Assembly: GCA_045613785.1 (NCBI GenBank)
Contig: JAZLBQ010000003.1
Coordinates: forward strand, 59,536-123,535
Reading direction: 5' to 3'
DNA: 64,000 nucleotides
Source of the DNA: Candidatus Enterousia sp.
Lineage (GTDB): Bacteria; Pseudomonadota; Alphaproteobacteria; Rs-D84
Both the position numbers and the translations under genes were made by a program. The first letter of the stretch is position 1, and each line of letters starts with the position of its first letter. The notes beneath the pieces are model-generated. The model was not told the DNA's origin. It saw nothing but the letters and a program-made list of their open reading frames with translations, and searched no databases. Shown in pieces: positions 21,211-30,451 of the stretch.

Positions 21211-22317
21211 TTAGAACAAGTATTTTATATTTAATCCGCCAATCCAACCGTCTTGTGCACCGTCATAGCGTCCAAAGTTAGCCGAGAAATTCAGTGTATC
21301 AACTGTCTTTTCAAGTGATATGCTGTATTCTGTGTAATTGCCAAATTCAGGTGTTGTGGTTGGTAATGAATTTGCAGTTGTGTCGCCGCCAGATGCAAAT
21401 GTCATTACGTGTGTCAAATTGATTGCACCCATCCAGCCGTTGCTAATATGTTTGATGGCACGAATTGATGGAGATACTTCGACCAGGCTTAGTGCGTCGT
21501 TTTTCAAAATGTCGCCTGTTGCAGATGTGTAATTTTCGCCTTTTATCCATGTGTAGCCGATATGAATTCCTGGTTGCAAGGAAAATGTAGAATCAAGGGC
21601 AATGTTGTAAATGGCTTTTACTGTCCCGCCAGCCCAGAAGTTCGTATATTCATCGCTTGCAGAACTATATACTTCATATAATTTGGCAGAGTTGTTTAAA
21701 ACACCCCCGTTTAACGTCAGGTATAAGCCAAAATTGCCAAATGTGTTTCCGTTGTAAATTCCGAAAAATCCGCCATTGCTGTCAATGTCGATTTCGTGAT
21801 TTTGCTGGCTGCTGCCGACATATCCTGTGTAAATACCCCATTTTGATAAACCGTTTAGCATTTTTGTCTGACCGCCAGAAATTCCAAACATCAATGTGTC
21901 GTATTTGGTGTCAAGGCGTGAAATGTTATCAAGGTTTGTGTTTCCTGCGGCATGTTGCCAATTTAACCATATATTGTTTAGTGCGGCATCTGCATTTAAT
22001 GTGTCGCCACCGCTACGTCCGGCACGACCGTCGTCATTAAATTCACCGTATAATGGTGCGGTGCCATACATTGGTGCATGGCCGTATGTTTTGTTTGGGT
22101 CTTCGTTGTTTTGGGCAGACTTGGGTGCAAGCTTGTTTAGTGTTGTGCCCATCGAGCCTAAGAAAGAATTAAAAGCGTTCGTTGTTATGGTGTGTTGAAT
22201 TGAACCGATGTTGTATCCGGAAATTGTGTTGGTGTGAACGCTGCTTGGTGTGGCGTTTGCGTTAAGTGTGCATGCCAATGTGATTATGCTTGCTAAAAAA
22301 AATGTGGATTGTTTCAT
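21211..22317 (-). CDS. Autotransporter-type outer membrane beta-barrel protein
   Basis: Signal peptide, amphipathic beta strands, C-terminal GLNIKYLF. Confidence 0.75.
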   Translation of the reverse strand: MKQSTFFLASIITLACTLNANATPSSVHTNTISGYNIGSIQHTITTNAFNSFLGSMGTTLNKLAPKSAQNNEDPNKTYGHAPMYGTAPLYGEFNDDGRAGRSGGDTLNADAALNNIWLNWQHAAGNTNLDNISRLDTKYDTLMFGISGGQTKMLNGLSKWGIYTGYVGSSQQNHEIDIDSNGGFFGIYNGNTFGNFGLYLTLNGGVLNNSAKLYEVYSSASDEYTNFWAGGTVKAIYNIALDSTFSLQPGIHIGYTWIKGENYTSATGDILKNDALSLVEVSPSIRAIKHISNGWMGAINLTHVMTFASGGDTTANSLPTTTPEFGNYTEYSISLEKTVDTLNFSANFGRYDGAQDGWIGGLNIKYLF

Positions 22318-22473
22318 TTTTTTATTCTCTCTTATTTTTTTTTGTGTCCCTTTAATTGCTGATTTAATTATAGCATAAAAATAGTCTGATTTAAACTAAT
22401 AAAAGTTTTGTTATTATTGGGTTTTGTATTTTTTATTGTATGTTTTCGGATTTTTGATAAGATAAAAAGCACT

Positions 22474-23034
22474 ATGAAAGAAAAAAACGAAGACTTTATT
22501 GATAGACCCGTGGTGATGGTTGGACTGATGGGGGCAGGCAAAACCAGTGTGGGGCGTGCGTTGGCGCGACGACTGGGGATTCCTTTTGTGGATTCAGATA
22601 AAGAAATAGAGGCGGCGGCAGGTTGTAGCGTTGTTGATATCTTTGCAATGTATGGCGAAGAGGAGTTTCGTCGTGTTGAGCAGCGTGTTATTGAACGCTT
22701 GTTAGATACACCGCCAGCATTAAAAGTCATTTCAACGGGCGAGGGGGCTTTTATTACCCCTGCGGTGCGAGAAATGGTTTTGGAACGTGCTTTGTCAGTA
22801 TGGTTGCGTGCAGATTTGGATTTGTTGGTTAAACGAACAGGTGCACGTGATACAAGGCCGCAATTGTTAAATACGGATAGTCGTAAAATATTAGAGCAAC
22901 TGATATCTGAAAGATATGAAACGTATGCATTGGCTGATATAACAGTAGAAACGCATGATGAAAGTCTGCGTAAAACACTGGGGCAAGTGTTGCGTGCGAT
23001 TGAAGAGTATTCAAACAAACAAGAAAAGGAGTAA
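22474..23034 (+). CDS. aroK: Shikimate kinase
   Basis: GLMGAGKTSVG, DSD.EIE, GEEEFR, TRP. Confidence 0.93.
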   Translation: MKEKNEDFIDRPVVMVGLMGAGKTSVGRALARRLGIPFVDSDKEIEAAAGCSVVDIFAMYGEEEFRRVEQRVIERLLDTPPALKVISTGEGAFITPAVREMVLERALSVWLRADLDLLVKRTGARDTRPQLLNTDSRKILEQLISERYETYALADITVETHDESLRKTLGQVLRAIEEYSNKQEKE

Positions 23035-23036
23035 AA

Positions 23037-23612
23037 ATGACAAAAAAGAACAGTATATTTAAGGAATTTGGGACTTTTGTTCAACGTGGAAATGCAATCG
23101 ATATGGCTGTCGGTATCATTATCGGTAGTGTTATGACGGGGTTGGTGAATTCGTTGGTCAAGGATGTTATGATGCCACCGATTGGGTATTTGATTGGCGA
23201 TATTGATTTTTCGCAGTGGTTTTATACGCTGGGGGCACATGGTGTTCATTATGAAACGATAGAAGCGGCTCAGGCGGCGGGTGTAACTACGTTGAATGCT
23301 GGTGTGTTTGTGAACTCTGTGGTTAGTTTCTTTATAACAATGTTTGCGATATTCTTGTTTGTAAGAACAATGAATAAAATGCGTGATAAAAAACCGGCAA
23401 ATACACATGCGTGTCCTTATTGTAAATCTACAATCAATAATGCTGCAACAAAATGTCCATTTTGTTGTTCTGAGGTAGAGGTGGTAGAAACAGGTGCGGT
23501 TGTTGAAAGTGATTTGAAAAAAGGTATTAAATCAGCAACCAAGTTGGTGTCTGGTGTTGCAGATGAAGCCTTGGGTAAAATTAAAAAAATCAAAAAGATA
23601 ACAAAGCGTTAG
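23037..23612 (+). CDS. mscL: Large-conductance mechanosensitive channel with C-terminal zinc ribbon
   Basis: FKEF..RGNAIDMAVGIIIG; CPYC...CPFC tail. Confidence 0.92.
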   Translation: MTKKNSIFKEFGTFVQRGNAIDMAVGIIIGSVMTGLVNSLVKDVMMPPIGYLIGDIDFSQWFYTLGAHGVHYETIEAAQAAGVTTLNAGVFVNSVVSFFITMFAIFLFVRTMNKMRDKKPANTHACPYCKSTINNAATKCPFCCSEVEVVETGAVVESDLKKGIKSATKLVSGVADEALGKIKKIKKITKR

Positions 23613-23642
23613 TTTTATGCTTTGATAAACTGGTTTAGTTTG

Positions 23643-23672
23643 AAAAAGACGGGCAAAAGGCTCGTCTTTTTT
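23643..23672 (+). terminator. Intrinsic terminator
   Basis: AAAAAGACGGGC-AAAAG-GCTCGTCTTTTTT. Confidence 0.75.
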
Positions 23673-23948
23673 GTTGTGGTGCTTATGTGATCTGTGTGCT
23701 GATTATGTATAGTTTTGTTTGTGTAGGGTGGTGGTAAGTGTGTGTAGATGGGGTGTTATTTGGTGCTTAGAGTAATAGAGTGGTGTGTCGTGTGTGAAAC
23801 AGATGGTTGGGTGTTAGTAAATAAATAAAATTGTATGGGTTCTTTCTGTGTTAGTGTCTGAATTTTGCGTTTGGTGTGTGGTTGTTTTATGTGTTGATTT
23901 TAGTTTGGTTTTGAGGTCTTTTTATAGTGGTGGGGCAGCGATGCACAA

Positions 23949-23976
23949 AAGGCGCATAATGTATATTATGTATAGT
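23949..23976 (+). other. dif: dif site (XerC/XerD chromosome dimer resolution)
   Basis: AAGGCGCATAA-TGTATA-TTATGTATAGT; the central 20 bp GCGCATAATGTATATTATGT are identical to E. coli dif; KOPS-like motifs converge on it. Confidence 0.85.
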
Positions 23977-24857
23977 TTATGGTGTGGGTGGGTGTGTTTT
24001 CTTTCTTTTTTTGTGGTTTTTTAATAGTCTTTTAATGTTGCGTGTGTTTGTGGTGTCGTGAGTGTTTGTAAAAGGCGTTTTGTGGTGTTTTGCTCGCTTC
24101 TGTGTTTTGTTTCTTTTGTTTGGGCTTGTGGTGGTCTGTTGTGTGGCTTTTATAAATGTCTGTGAGCGTCCAAACGATTGTCGTCTTTTGGTTGTTGGCT
24201 TTGTTCTGTTAGATGCTTGTGTGATATCTGTTGTTGTGGCGTGGTTGTAGATGTGGCTCTGTTGTTGTGATGACTGTCCGTGTGGTGTTTGTTGATTTGG
24301 AATTCGTTTAAGTTTGTGGTATAATGTGTGTTGTATTTGGTGGTTCTGTAATTTTTTTGTTTCTTTATAAAGTTGAAAATCTGTATTTAAAGTAGCAAAT
24401 ATCTTTTTGTTATCAGGCTTAGAATTTAGTTTAGTATCTTGTGATGTTTAATGTGGATTTGCTGATTTGTTTGTTGGTGTCAGGTTGGTGTTTGTTATGT
24501 TTAAAATGTCAAAAAAGATCCAAAAAAAGCCAAAATTTGTGATTTTTGCCCTACTCTGACCGGAAAAAACGAAAAAAATGGCGGATTTCTGCGGTTTTTT
24601 GGTGCTTTTTGTGTCTGTATGGCGAAAAAAAGTGTTGTTTTGGGGTGGGGAAGTCCGTCGTTTTGCTGTTCTGCTGTGTGTCAATCGTGTTTTAGTGGCT
24701 AAATTTGATGTGATAGCAATAAATCTGTATTCAGGCACAAACGCACCACGAAAAGTGTCTTTGCCTTTGTTTGTGGCTTTTTGTTTGTTTATAAATATTC
24801 CCAGTATCTTTACTGAATGTTCCCCTGTTCTGTGTGCTTTTTATTTGACTGGTTGTC

Positions 24858-24886
24858 TTGACTTGTTCCCATTTCTTGGCTATACT
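24858..24886 (+). promoter_or_regulatory. Near-consensus sigma70 promoter
   Basis: TTGACT-N17-TATACT. Confidence 0.7.
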
Positions 24887-24891
24887 TAGTT

Positions 24892-24964
24892 TAGAACTAG
24901 CAGTTGTTCCAGTTGAAAACTCGCTATCGGGTCTGGTCTTTAAGACATCTGCTAGTTTATTTTC
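24892..24964 (+). ncRNA. Candidate small structured RNA
   Basis: AACTAGCAG/CTGCTAGTT closing stem with inner CCAG/CTGG and CTCG/CGGG stems, directly after the promoter, followed by a T-rich tail; no ORF. Confidence 0.5.
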
Positions 24965-25110
24965 TATTTCTACATTGTGTAAATAAAATCCTGTTCTATC
25001 TTCTGTTTTCTTTACAATAACTTCGCAAGTATAACGCTCTTCGTTTTGTTTTTTTATAGTTTTTTTGTCGTGAAGGTAATTTGTTGTAAAGTTTGTTTAT
25101 TTTGTTGACT

Positions 25111-25923
25111 TTATTTTATTTTGTTTCTTTTTATTGTGTTGAATAATGTATGGCGATTTTTCAAATATAAATCGCATTCGTTAGCGTTGGCGGTTGTTGG
25201 GTTGGTGAACATCCGTTTGAACATTTGTGTTTGACCCCATTCCCCAAGATTGTATTTGTTAAACATTACAAGGTCGTCAATGCTGATGTTTTGGCAGTAG
25301 TTGTATGTGTTTTCAATCGCAATTGATAAGGTGGTTTGCTCGGCACGTAAGAAACCGCTTTCTTCAAAGGTTGGGGTTTTCTTGTTTTGTATTTGCGAGC
25401 GTATAAAATCAAGACTGTTGTAGATTTCACTGTCGCAAGGTCCAAATTCCCATGCTTTCCATTCAAAGCAACTGATTGGGGAATCTGTTGGGATTTTGGT
25501 GTATTTAGATTTTGTTGTCTGGTATTCAAGCCATAACAGGTATAGCAACGCCATTATTTTAATGTTTTTGGGGGTGTTGTTTTGTATCTGGTCGGTAAAT
25601 TTTGATATCAGATATGTGGCGACAGATATTTTGTTAAATTTTGGCTGTTTGTCTAAATTTATTAGGTGGGGCAGCGTGTAGTTGTCGCATAGGCGTGATA
25701 TTGCCCTGGCCTGTTCGATTGCGGCTGTATAAGAAGTCCAATTAGTAATTTGTTCTAGTGTGCCATTTTGTGATAAGAAACGTTCGATGGTTTGGCCGTT
25801 TATGGCTGGTTTGTATCGTTCGTTTGGATTATAACTGTGGTTTGATGTTGCGCCTAGCTCACAGCGTTCTGGACAGCCGTCGCATTTGCGAATGTTTGTC
25901 TGATTTGTTTGGCTAAATGGCAT
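25111..25923 (-). CDS. Panacea (SocA/DUF4065)-like domain protein with Cys-rich N-terminus
   Basis: KIMALLYL...FEWKAWEFGPCDSEIY resembles KLxKLLY...FEAWxxGPV; N-terminal CDGCPERC. Confidence 0.6.
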   Translation of the reverse strand: MPFSQTNQTNIRKCDGCPERCELGATSNHSYNPNERYKPAINGQTIERFLSQNGTLEQITNWTSYTAAIEQARAISRLCDNYTLPHLINLDKQPKFNKISVATYLISKFTDQIQNNTPKNIKIMALLYLLWLEYQTTKSKYTKIPTDSPISCFEWKAWEFGPCDSEIYNSLDFIRSQIQNKKTPTFEESGFLRAEQTTLSIAIENTYNYCQNISIDDLVMFNKYNLGEWGQTQMFKRMFTNPTTANANECDLYLKNRHTLFNTIKRNKIK

Positions 25924-26025
25924 TTTTTTGAATCCTTGTTTATTGTTGTTCTTTGTTAGAATTTTATATCAAATATTTGTTATAGCAAGTTGATTTTTGT
26001 TGGTTTGTGCGATAGAATTGTCTGT

Positions 26026-26733
26026 ATGAGATTAGATGTAGAATTAGTAAATAGAAATTTGTATCCAAGTCGAGCCAAAGCTGTTGCTGGTATCGAAGCT
26101 GGGTTGGTTTTGGTCAATGGCGTTGTTGCAAAGAAACCAAGTCAGGCGGTTCTGGAAACAGACGTAATAGTTGCTGATGCGTTGCCGTATGTTAGTGGTC
26201 GTGGCAGTTTAAAGTTAGTTCGTGCGTTGGATTATTTTAATGTCAATCCGTCTGGTATGGTTTGTTTGGATGTTGGGGCTAGCACGGGTGGTTTTACCGA
26301 GGTTTTGTTAAATCGTGGTGCAAAGCGTGTTTATGCGGTCGATGTTGGGACAAATCAGTTGGTCCCGGAATTGAAAAACGATCCTCGAGTTGTGTCGTTA
26401 GAGCAAACAGATATTCGCACCCTGCCCGTTCAAGAAACGGTTGAGTTGGTGGTGGTTGATGTTTCGTTTATTTCGTTGACGGCGATTGTTGATAATTTAA
26501 AAGCATGGGAAGCAAAAAAGGTAATTGTTCTGGTTAAACCTCAGTTTGAAGTGCCGCGTGAAGTTGCTGCAAAAACAAACGGTGTAATAAAAGATAAACA
26601 ATGGCACGATTGGTCGGTTGAACGTGTTGTAAAAGCGTTTTCAGAGGTCGGTTTTACTTTAGATGGACTGACGGAGTCTCCGGTTAAAGGTGGTAGTGGG
26701 AATACAGAATTTTTGGCGTATTTTAAGTTGTGA
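26026..26733 (+). CDS. tlyA: TlyA family rRNA methyltransferase (S4 + FtsJ)
   Basis: RLDVELV, DVGASTGGFT, DVSFISL, LVKPQFE, GNTEF. Confidence 0.93.
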   Translation: MRLDVELVNRNLYPSRAKAVAGIEAGLVLVNGVVAKKPSQAVLETDVIVADALPYVSGRGSLKLVRALDYFNVNPSGMVCLDVGASTGGFTEVLLNRGAKRVYAVDVGTNQLVPELKNDPRVVSLEQTDIRTLPVQETVELVVVDVSFISLTAIVDNLKAWEAKKVIVLVKPQFEVPREVAAKTNGVIKDKQWHDWSVERVVKAFSEVGFTLDGLTESPVKGGSGNTEFLAYFKL

Positions 26734-26781
26734 TAAAAGTTTAAGATAGAAAAATATCCGCCTGAAAATTGCGGATATTTT

Positions 26782-27117
26782 TTATTGTCGTATTTTTGAT
26801 GTTTTGTTTAGAAGCGTTTTTTTCTCGTTGATTATATTTTGGTATTTGTCAGATTTTTTTGTGGCAAGTTTACTGTGATCCATCGCCCCCCAAGTGGCTA
26901 TTAGTAGTGCGATTGATATTGCTATTGATGTTAAAACAGTTTGGTCGGTATTGTTGATTTCAATTGCCTTTTTAATTGCAATAATTAATGCAGCACCAGC
27001 ACCACTGCTCGTGAGAATTGCAATGTCTCTTGATAAATCGGCTTGTTTTTGAAAGTATTCTTTTTTTTCTTCGTAAAGCTTTATTTCTTGTTTTGTGGAT
27101 TGTTTCTTTTTATTCAT
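26782..27117 (-). CDS. Small two-TM hypothetical protein
   Basis: Basic N-terminus, hydrophobic hairpin, basic tail. Confidence 0.65.
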   Translation of the reverse strand: MNKKKQSTKQEIKLYEEKKEYFQKQADLSRDIAILTSSGAGAALIIAIKKAIEINNTDQTVLTSIAISIALLIATWGAMDHSKLATKKSDKYQNIINEKKTLLNKTSKIRQ

Positions 27118-27140
27118 GGTTTCTAATTCCCCTTGGTTTT

Positions 27141-27434
27141 TTAGCGGGATTTTATTTTGTTGTTTTTATGGCGTAGTTGCTTTATTTGTCGTTGTGTTTT
27201 GTTGTAATGTTGCTTGGTGCTGTATGCACATCCATATAGAATTGCAGCAATTAACGCTAGAGCGATGGCTGAATCTGTTTTTTCGTCCATGGAATATGCT
27301 ACTGCGGCGATAAGTGAGCCACAACCGCCGCATATCGCTAGGACGGATGCCCATTTTGAATCCGTGGCATTTCGTTTCATTGTTTTTATCAATTTGTTGT
27401 TTCGTTCGATTTTATTTTGTTTCTGACTGCTCAT
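27141..27434 (-). CDS. Small two-TM hypothetical protein
   Basis: Same architecture as its neighbour; AAGG RBS. Confidence 0.65.
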   Translation of the reverse strand: MSSQKQNKIERNNKLIKTMKRNATDSKWASVLAICGGCGSLIAAVAYSMDEKTDSAIALALIAAILYGCAYSTKQHYNKTQRQIKQLRHKNNKIKSR

Positions 27435-27560
27435 CTTATGCTTACCTTTGTTTTTTTGCTATTTTTATGCATTAAATTTAAAAAATCAAGGAATCTTCTT
27501 GAAAAAAAATGAGGATAGCGGTATGGTATAGCAAGTTTTTACATAAAATAGGAATTGAAA

Positions 27561-29957
27561 ATGGCAGATGATATGACAAAAATCCATGAGCGTGAGGCAA
27601 AATGGCAGAAAAAATGGCATGATGAACGTGCTTTTGTGCCAAAAAATGATGGGTCAAAGCCTAAGTATTATAATTTGATTGAATTTCCTTTTCCGTCTGG
27701 TTCGGGATTGCATGTTGGTCATATGTTGCCATATACAGGTATGGACGTCATGGCACGTTTTCGTCGTTCTCGTGGGTATGATGTGCTGTTCCCAATCGGA
27801 TACGATTCAATGGGAATTTCGTCCGAAAACTATGCTACCAAAATTGGAAAACATCCAAGTGAATCTGTGGCAGAACTAATCAAGATTTTTGAACGTGATA
27901 TTTCTATTATGGGATTGTCTTTTAATCCGGAATCTAAATTATCTACGTCTGATCCAGAGTTTATCAAGTGGACACAGTGGATGTTTATTCAGTTCTTTAA
28001 GGCGGGGCTGGCATATAAATCTGAATTGCCAATGAACTGGTGTCCTGCATGCAAAACAAATCTGACAAATGAAGAACTGGAAGATGGTTGTTGTGAACGT
28101 TGTCATGGACCAGTCGAAAAGAAAATGAAGTTGCAGTGGAATTTGGCAATCACTAAGTATGCTGATCGCTTGATTGATGATTTGGTGCATGTTGACTATC
28201 CAGAAAGAGTCAAAACAGAACAAATAAATTGGATTGGTCGCTCTTATGGTGCAGATGTCGATTTTATGGTTGGCGAAGATAAAATGACGGTCTATACCAC
28301 ACGTGTTGATACTATATTTGGTGTGACCTTCTGTGTCGTTGCCCCAGAACATGCTTTGGTTAAGAAGTGGATAGAAGAAGGTAAAATCACAAATGTTGAT
28401 GCAGTGAATGACTATATCGCAGCAGCACGTGCCAAGTCTGAATTTGAACGAACAGATGTGACTAAGGATAAAACTGGTGTTCGCCTGGAAGGTGTTATGG
28501 CCAAGAATCCATTTAATGGACGTGAAATACCTGTGTTTATTTCAGACTATGTTTTGGCGGACTATGGTTTCGGTGCAATTATGGCGGTGCCTGCACATGA
28601 TGGTCGTGATTGGGATTTTGCAAAAAAGTTTGGTCTGGAAATTATCCCTGTTCTGGCAGGTGGTGAGCCTGATAAGGTTTGGGAAGAAGATGGTGTGCAT
28701 ATAAACTCTTCGTTCTTGGACGGTATGGGCAAAGAAGCAGCTATTGCAGCAGCAATTAAATATGGTGAAGAACACGGCTTTGCACGTGGAACTAAAAAGT
28801 ATAAGTTAAAAGATTGGGGTTTTTCTCGTCAGATGTATTGGGGCGAACCAATTCCATTGGTCTATTGTGAAAAGTGTGGTTGGGTGCCAGTGCCAGAATC
28901 TGAATTGCCATTGATGCAGCCGTATATGGCAGATTATAAGCCAACCGATGATGGCGAAGGACCTCTTGCCCGTGCAACAGATTGGGTAAATACAACTTGT
29001 CCGCATTGTGGAGCACCAGCACGTCGTGAAACAGATACTATGCCACAGTGGGCTGGATCTTCATGGTATTTCTTGCGTTATCTAGATTCAAAGAACAATG
29101 ATGAATTCTGTTCTCGGACACAACTGGATAAATGGATGCCAGTTGACCATTATAACGGTGGTATGGAGCATACAACTCGTCATTTGCTGTATTCTCGGTT
29201 TTGGTATAAAGCGTTGGCAGATTTAGGATATGTGCCAGGTATCGAACCGTATAAAAAACGCACCAGTAATGGTTTGATTATGGCAGCAGATGGATCGAAA
29301 ATGTCAAAATCACGTGGTAATACAGTGCCTAGTTCAGACGTTGTTGCACGCAGTGGTGCAGACGCATGTCGTTTGGCTATTTTGTATTTAGGACCATGGG
29401 AACAAAGTGCGAATTGGTCTGAAGATACATTGCGTGGTGTGGAAAGATTCTTGAAGCGTGTTGAGGCATTGTCAGATAATTTGACGGATGAGCCAATGAC
29501 AGCTGCCCAAGAACGTTTAATGCACAAGTTGATTGCAGATGCAACAGATCGTATTGAAAATATGAAGTTTAATACTGCGATTTCTGCAATGATGGAATTT
29601 ATCAATGCGTTTAGTGGTGGTATGCCCCGCCCTGCGTATGAAACATTGTTGCAGGTGCTGAATCCTTTCGCACCGCATTTAACCGAAGAAATGTGGGAAC
29701 GTTTGGGACATAGTGATATGCTGGTGTTCCAGCCATGGCCAACATTTGATCCAGCGAAATTGGTTGAAACAGAAATCACAATCGTTGTGTCGGTAAATGG
29801 TAAGCGTGCAAATGACTTTGTTGTGCCAGCAGATAGCAATGAAGAAGCAGTTGTTGCAGCTGCCAAAGTTGCAGCAGGTGCAAAACTTGATGGGGCGACA
29901 ATTATCAAGACGGTTGTTGTGCCAAAGAAGTTGGTCAACTTTGTGATAAAGAAATAA
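27561..29957 (+). CDS. leuS: Leucine--tRNA ligase
   Basis: HVGH and KMSKS motifs, CP1 editing domain (GAIMAVPAHD.RD). Confidence 0.97.
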   Translation: MADDMTKIHEREAKWQKKWHDERAFVPKNDGSKPKYYNLIEFPFPSGSGLHVGHMLPYTGMDVMARFRRSRGYDVLFPIGYDSMGISSENYATKIGKHPSESVAELIKIFERDISIMGLSFNPESKLSTSDPEFIKWTQWMFIQFFKAGLAYKSELPMNWCPACKTNLTNEELEDGCCERCHGPVEKKMKLQWNLAITKYADRLIDDLVHVDYPERVKTEQINWIGRSYGADVDFMVGEDKMTVYTTRVDTIFGVTFCVVAPEHALVKKWIEEGKITNVDAVNDYIAAARAKSEFERTDVTKDKTGVRLEGVMAKNPFNGREIPVFISDYVLADYGFGAIMAVPAHDGRDWDFAKKFGLEIIPVLAGGEPDKVWEEDGVHINSSFLDGMGKEAAIAAAIKYGEEHGFARGTKKYKLKDWGFSRQMYWGEPIPLVYCEKCGWVPVPESELPLMQPYMADYKPTDDGEGPLARATDWVNTTCPHCGAPARRETDTMPQWAGSSWYFLRYLDSKNNDEFCSRTQLDKWMPVDHYNGGMEHTTRHLLYSRFWYKALADLGYVPGIEPYKKRTSNGLIMAADGSKMSKSRGNTVPSSDVVARSGADACRLAILYLGPWEQSANWSEDTLRGVERFLKRVEALSDNLTDEPMTAAQERLMHKLIADATDRIENMKFNTAISAMMEFINAFSGGMPRPAYETLLQVLNPFAPHLTEEMWERLGHSDMLVFQPWPTFDPAKLVETEITIVVSVNGKRANDFVVPADSNEEAVVAAAKVAAGAKLDGATIIKTVVVPKKLVNFVIKK

Positions 29958-29958
29958 T

Positions 29959-29986
29959 AAAAAATCCCCCAAACGGGGGATTTTTT
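29959..29986. terminator. Bidirectional terminator
   Basis: AAAAAATCCCCC-AAAC-GGGGGATTTTTT. Confidence 0.85.
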
Positions 29987-30004
29987 ATTTTAGGTTATAT
30001 TTTA

Positions 30005-30451
30005 TTATGAAATTTTTTCAATGCGACGAATGCGACGTTCGATTGCATCAAATGGGCTTTCCAGGAATGATTGAGCAGTTAGGAAAGCAACTTCGATATC
30101 AATATCGTCTGCGGCCAGTGCCAAGACGTTTATATCATCGTGAAAACGATCGTCGTGTGCCTGAGATGGTGTGTTGCATCGTGAAGCACGAATATGGCGA
30201 TAGCGGTTAGCCGCAATCATTACACCTGCACCTGTGCCACAAATGATGATTCCACGGGCGTTTTTGTCGTCCAACATTGCATCTGCTAATGTTGCAGCGA
30301 CATCTGGGTAGTCCGCAGATGTGTTTGGGTCGTCAACGCCAAGATTTACAACCTCATACCCAACAGTTGATAACATTTCGATTAAATATAACTTTAACCC
30401 TGCCCCACGGTGGTCGGCCGCAATATAGACCTTGGATATGTTTTTGTTCAT
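30005..30451 (-). CDS. rpiB: Ribose-5-phosphate isomerase B
   Basis: AADHRG, DYP, ICGTGAG, AANR. Confidence 0.9.
   Translation of the reverse strand: MNKNISKVYIAADHRGAGLKLYLIEMLSTVGYEVVNLGVDDPNTSADYPDVAATLADAMLDDKNARGIIICGTGAGVMIAANRYRHIRASRCNTPSQAHDDRFHDDINVLALAADDIDIEVAFLTAQSFLESPFDAIERRIRRIEKIS

Noticed and set aside
22368-23408. Long antisense ORFs (also 29180-29938, 32765-33466, 57343-58128, 58863-59450)
   Set aside because: Shadows of well-supported genes on the opposite strand
23037-23612. Zinc-ribbon tail on MscL as a novelty
   Set aside because: C-terminal CPxC...CPxC extensions are already known in many MscL homologs
24062-24889. ORFs 24062-24250, 24448-24738 and 24578-24889
   Set aside because: Low-complexity V/F/C/L or T/K/N translations that simply reflect the G/T skew; no motifs
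23640-25100. Long intergenic region as a replication origin
   Set aside because: No convincing TTATCCACA DnaA-box cluster or dnaA/parAB/hemE context; it holds a dif site instead
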